Shown: piece after piece, positions 63,230 to 64,000 of the stretch
Position numbering within the stretch: position 1 is the first letter of the stretch
Layout: each line of letters starts with the position of its first letter
Source of the DNA: Dicyema japonicum
Lineage: Eukaryota > Animalia > Dicyemida
Reading direction: 5' to 3'
Assembly: GCA_011109175.1 (NCBI GenBank)
Contig: RDEW01000002.1
Location: 1,532,111-1,596,110, forward strand
Length of the DNA: 64,000 bases
The notes under the pieces: generated by a model
What the model saw: only the letters and a program-made list of their open reading frames with translations
Database searches by the model: none
What the model was told of the DNA's origin: nothing
Program-made: the position numbers and the translations under genes

Positions 63230-63780
63230 ATCATAAACTCTTTCAAACCATATTATAACAACGTTCTTTATTGAAGTGATATGTCTTGACGATGTTAAGG
63301 AATACTATTCGACCCTAATGAAAATTAATATGAATAAAATAATTGCATTTGTAGGAAAAGCTTGGAATCGAGCAACAACAACAACGATTGTCAATTGTTG
63401 GATGAAAAATAAACGAAAGAGAACATGTGTTTTGTGAACTTAATTCAAAAAAGTCATCTGAAATAAGTGATAAACATGTTTCATGATTAATGGAACTTTG
63501 AAATAAGCGGGAGTGGAATATAATGCGACTTTGTATAATGGAAATGATGAGATTAAGGGTTATGTTAAAAGATTCAATAAGAATAATGAATAATCTCGAA
63601 ACTTCTTTATTCAATACTTGCCCTGAAGGGCTCAAAGAATACTATGAATTCAGAATAAAAATTTCAAGGATTCTAAGAAATAATTATAATACTGGGTTCA
63701 AAATAACTGATTATTTCTCATAAAATAAATTAAATCCTTTTTTTTCGAAAAAAATATTTTGTTATTAAAAAGTACAAATA
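63230..63780 (+). mobile_element. pogo/Tigger transposase C-terminal relic
   Basis: INMNKIIAFVGKAWNRATTTTIVNCW followed by an acidic tail. Confidence 0.6.
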
Positions 63781-63859
63781 ATAGTTTTGAAATATAAGAA
63801 TTATATATATCTGTATATTTGGGGCACAGTCCTATTGGGGCGTGGTCGGACTGTTTTAA

Positions 63860-64000
63860 TATATTTTAGAATGGTAAACCTACAATTATAAATAGCATAT
63901 TTTGCAAGTGTAAAATAATGTCGTCTACTGAAAACCAAGTGATATCTACTACCACGAGTTTATCCTGAATGTAATTAAACGGCTCCGATTGAAAAGCAAG
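63860..64000 (+). other. Promoter and first codons of a probable third Y-box paralog (truncated by the window edge)
   Basis: ~65 bp aligns with 30478-30543 (ATTTTAGA.TGGT.AACCTA.AATTATAAATAGC.TATTT...AATAATGTCGTCT); ATG at 63918; no cold-shock domain visible inside the window. Confidence 0.5.

Overview
AT-rich, transposon-dense eukaryotic (animal) genomic DNA whose host genes have extremely short GT-AG introns (21-28 nt), as described for dicyemid mesozoans; that taxonomic call is inference only. Host genes: a SoxB HMG-box factor (18136-19070), a Y-box/cold-shock-domain gene (30535-30974) with a pseudogene paralog and a third partial paralog at the window edge, a very divergent Hox-like homeobox gene (hexapeptide IFPWM, Asn51 replaced by Arg), MMACHC, a PP2C-type pyruvate dehydrogenase phosphatase, and a transmembrane protein with four C-type lectin-like domains. 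Most of the remainder is mobile DNA: many CRE-like (restriction-like endonuclease) retrotransposon fragments, Ingi/Vingi-like LINEs with a 2A motif, RTE- and Jockey-like LINE relics, a tRNA-derived SINE family, two Tigger/pogo elements with an intron-containing transposase, and a MULE with a one-sided 15-bp array. The best novelty candidate is a ~65-75 nt four-helix pseudoknot at the 5' end of three Ingi/Vingi-like elements. Its helices covary between copies and follow the HDV ribozyme order, but the canonical HDV core is absent. It lies upstream of a 2A motif and is retained in a ~230-bp non-autonomous derivative. Also notable are a palindromic CRE insertion with tails at both ends, a 60-bp target-site duplication, and a precise single-intron loss between Y-box paralogs. 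Frameshifts in three host genes all fall in homopolymers, which suggests assembly errors. Boundaries of degenerate elements are approximate.
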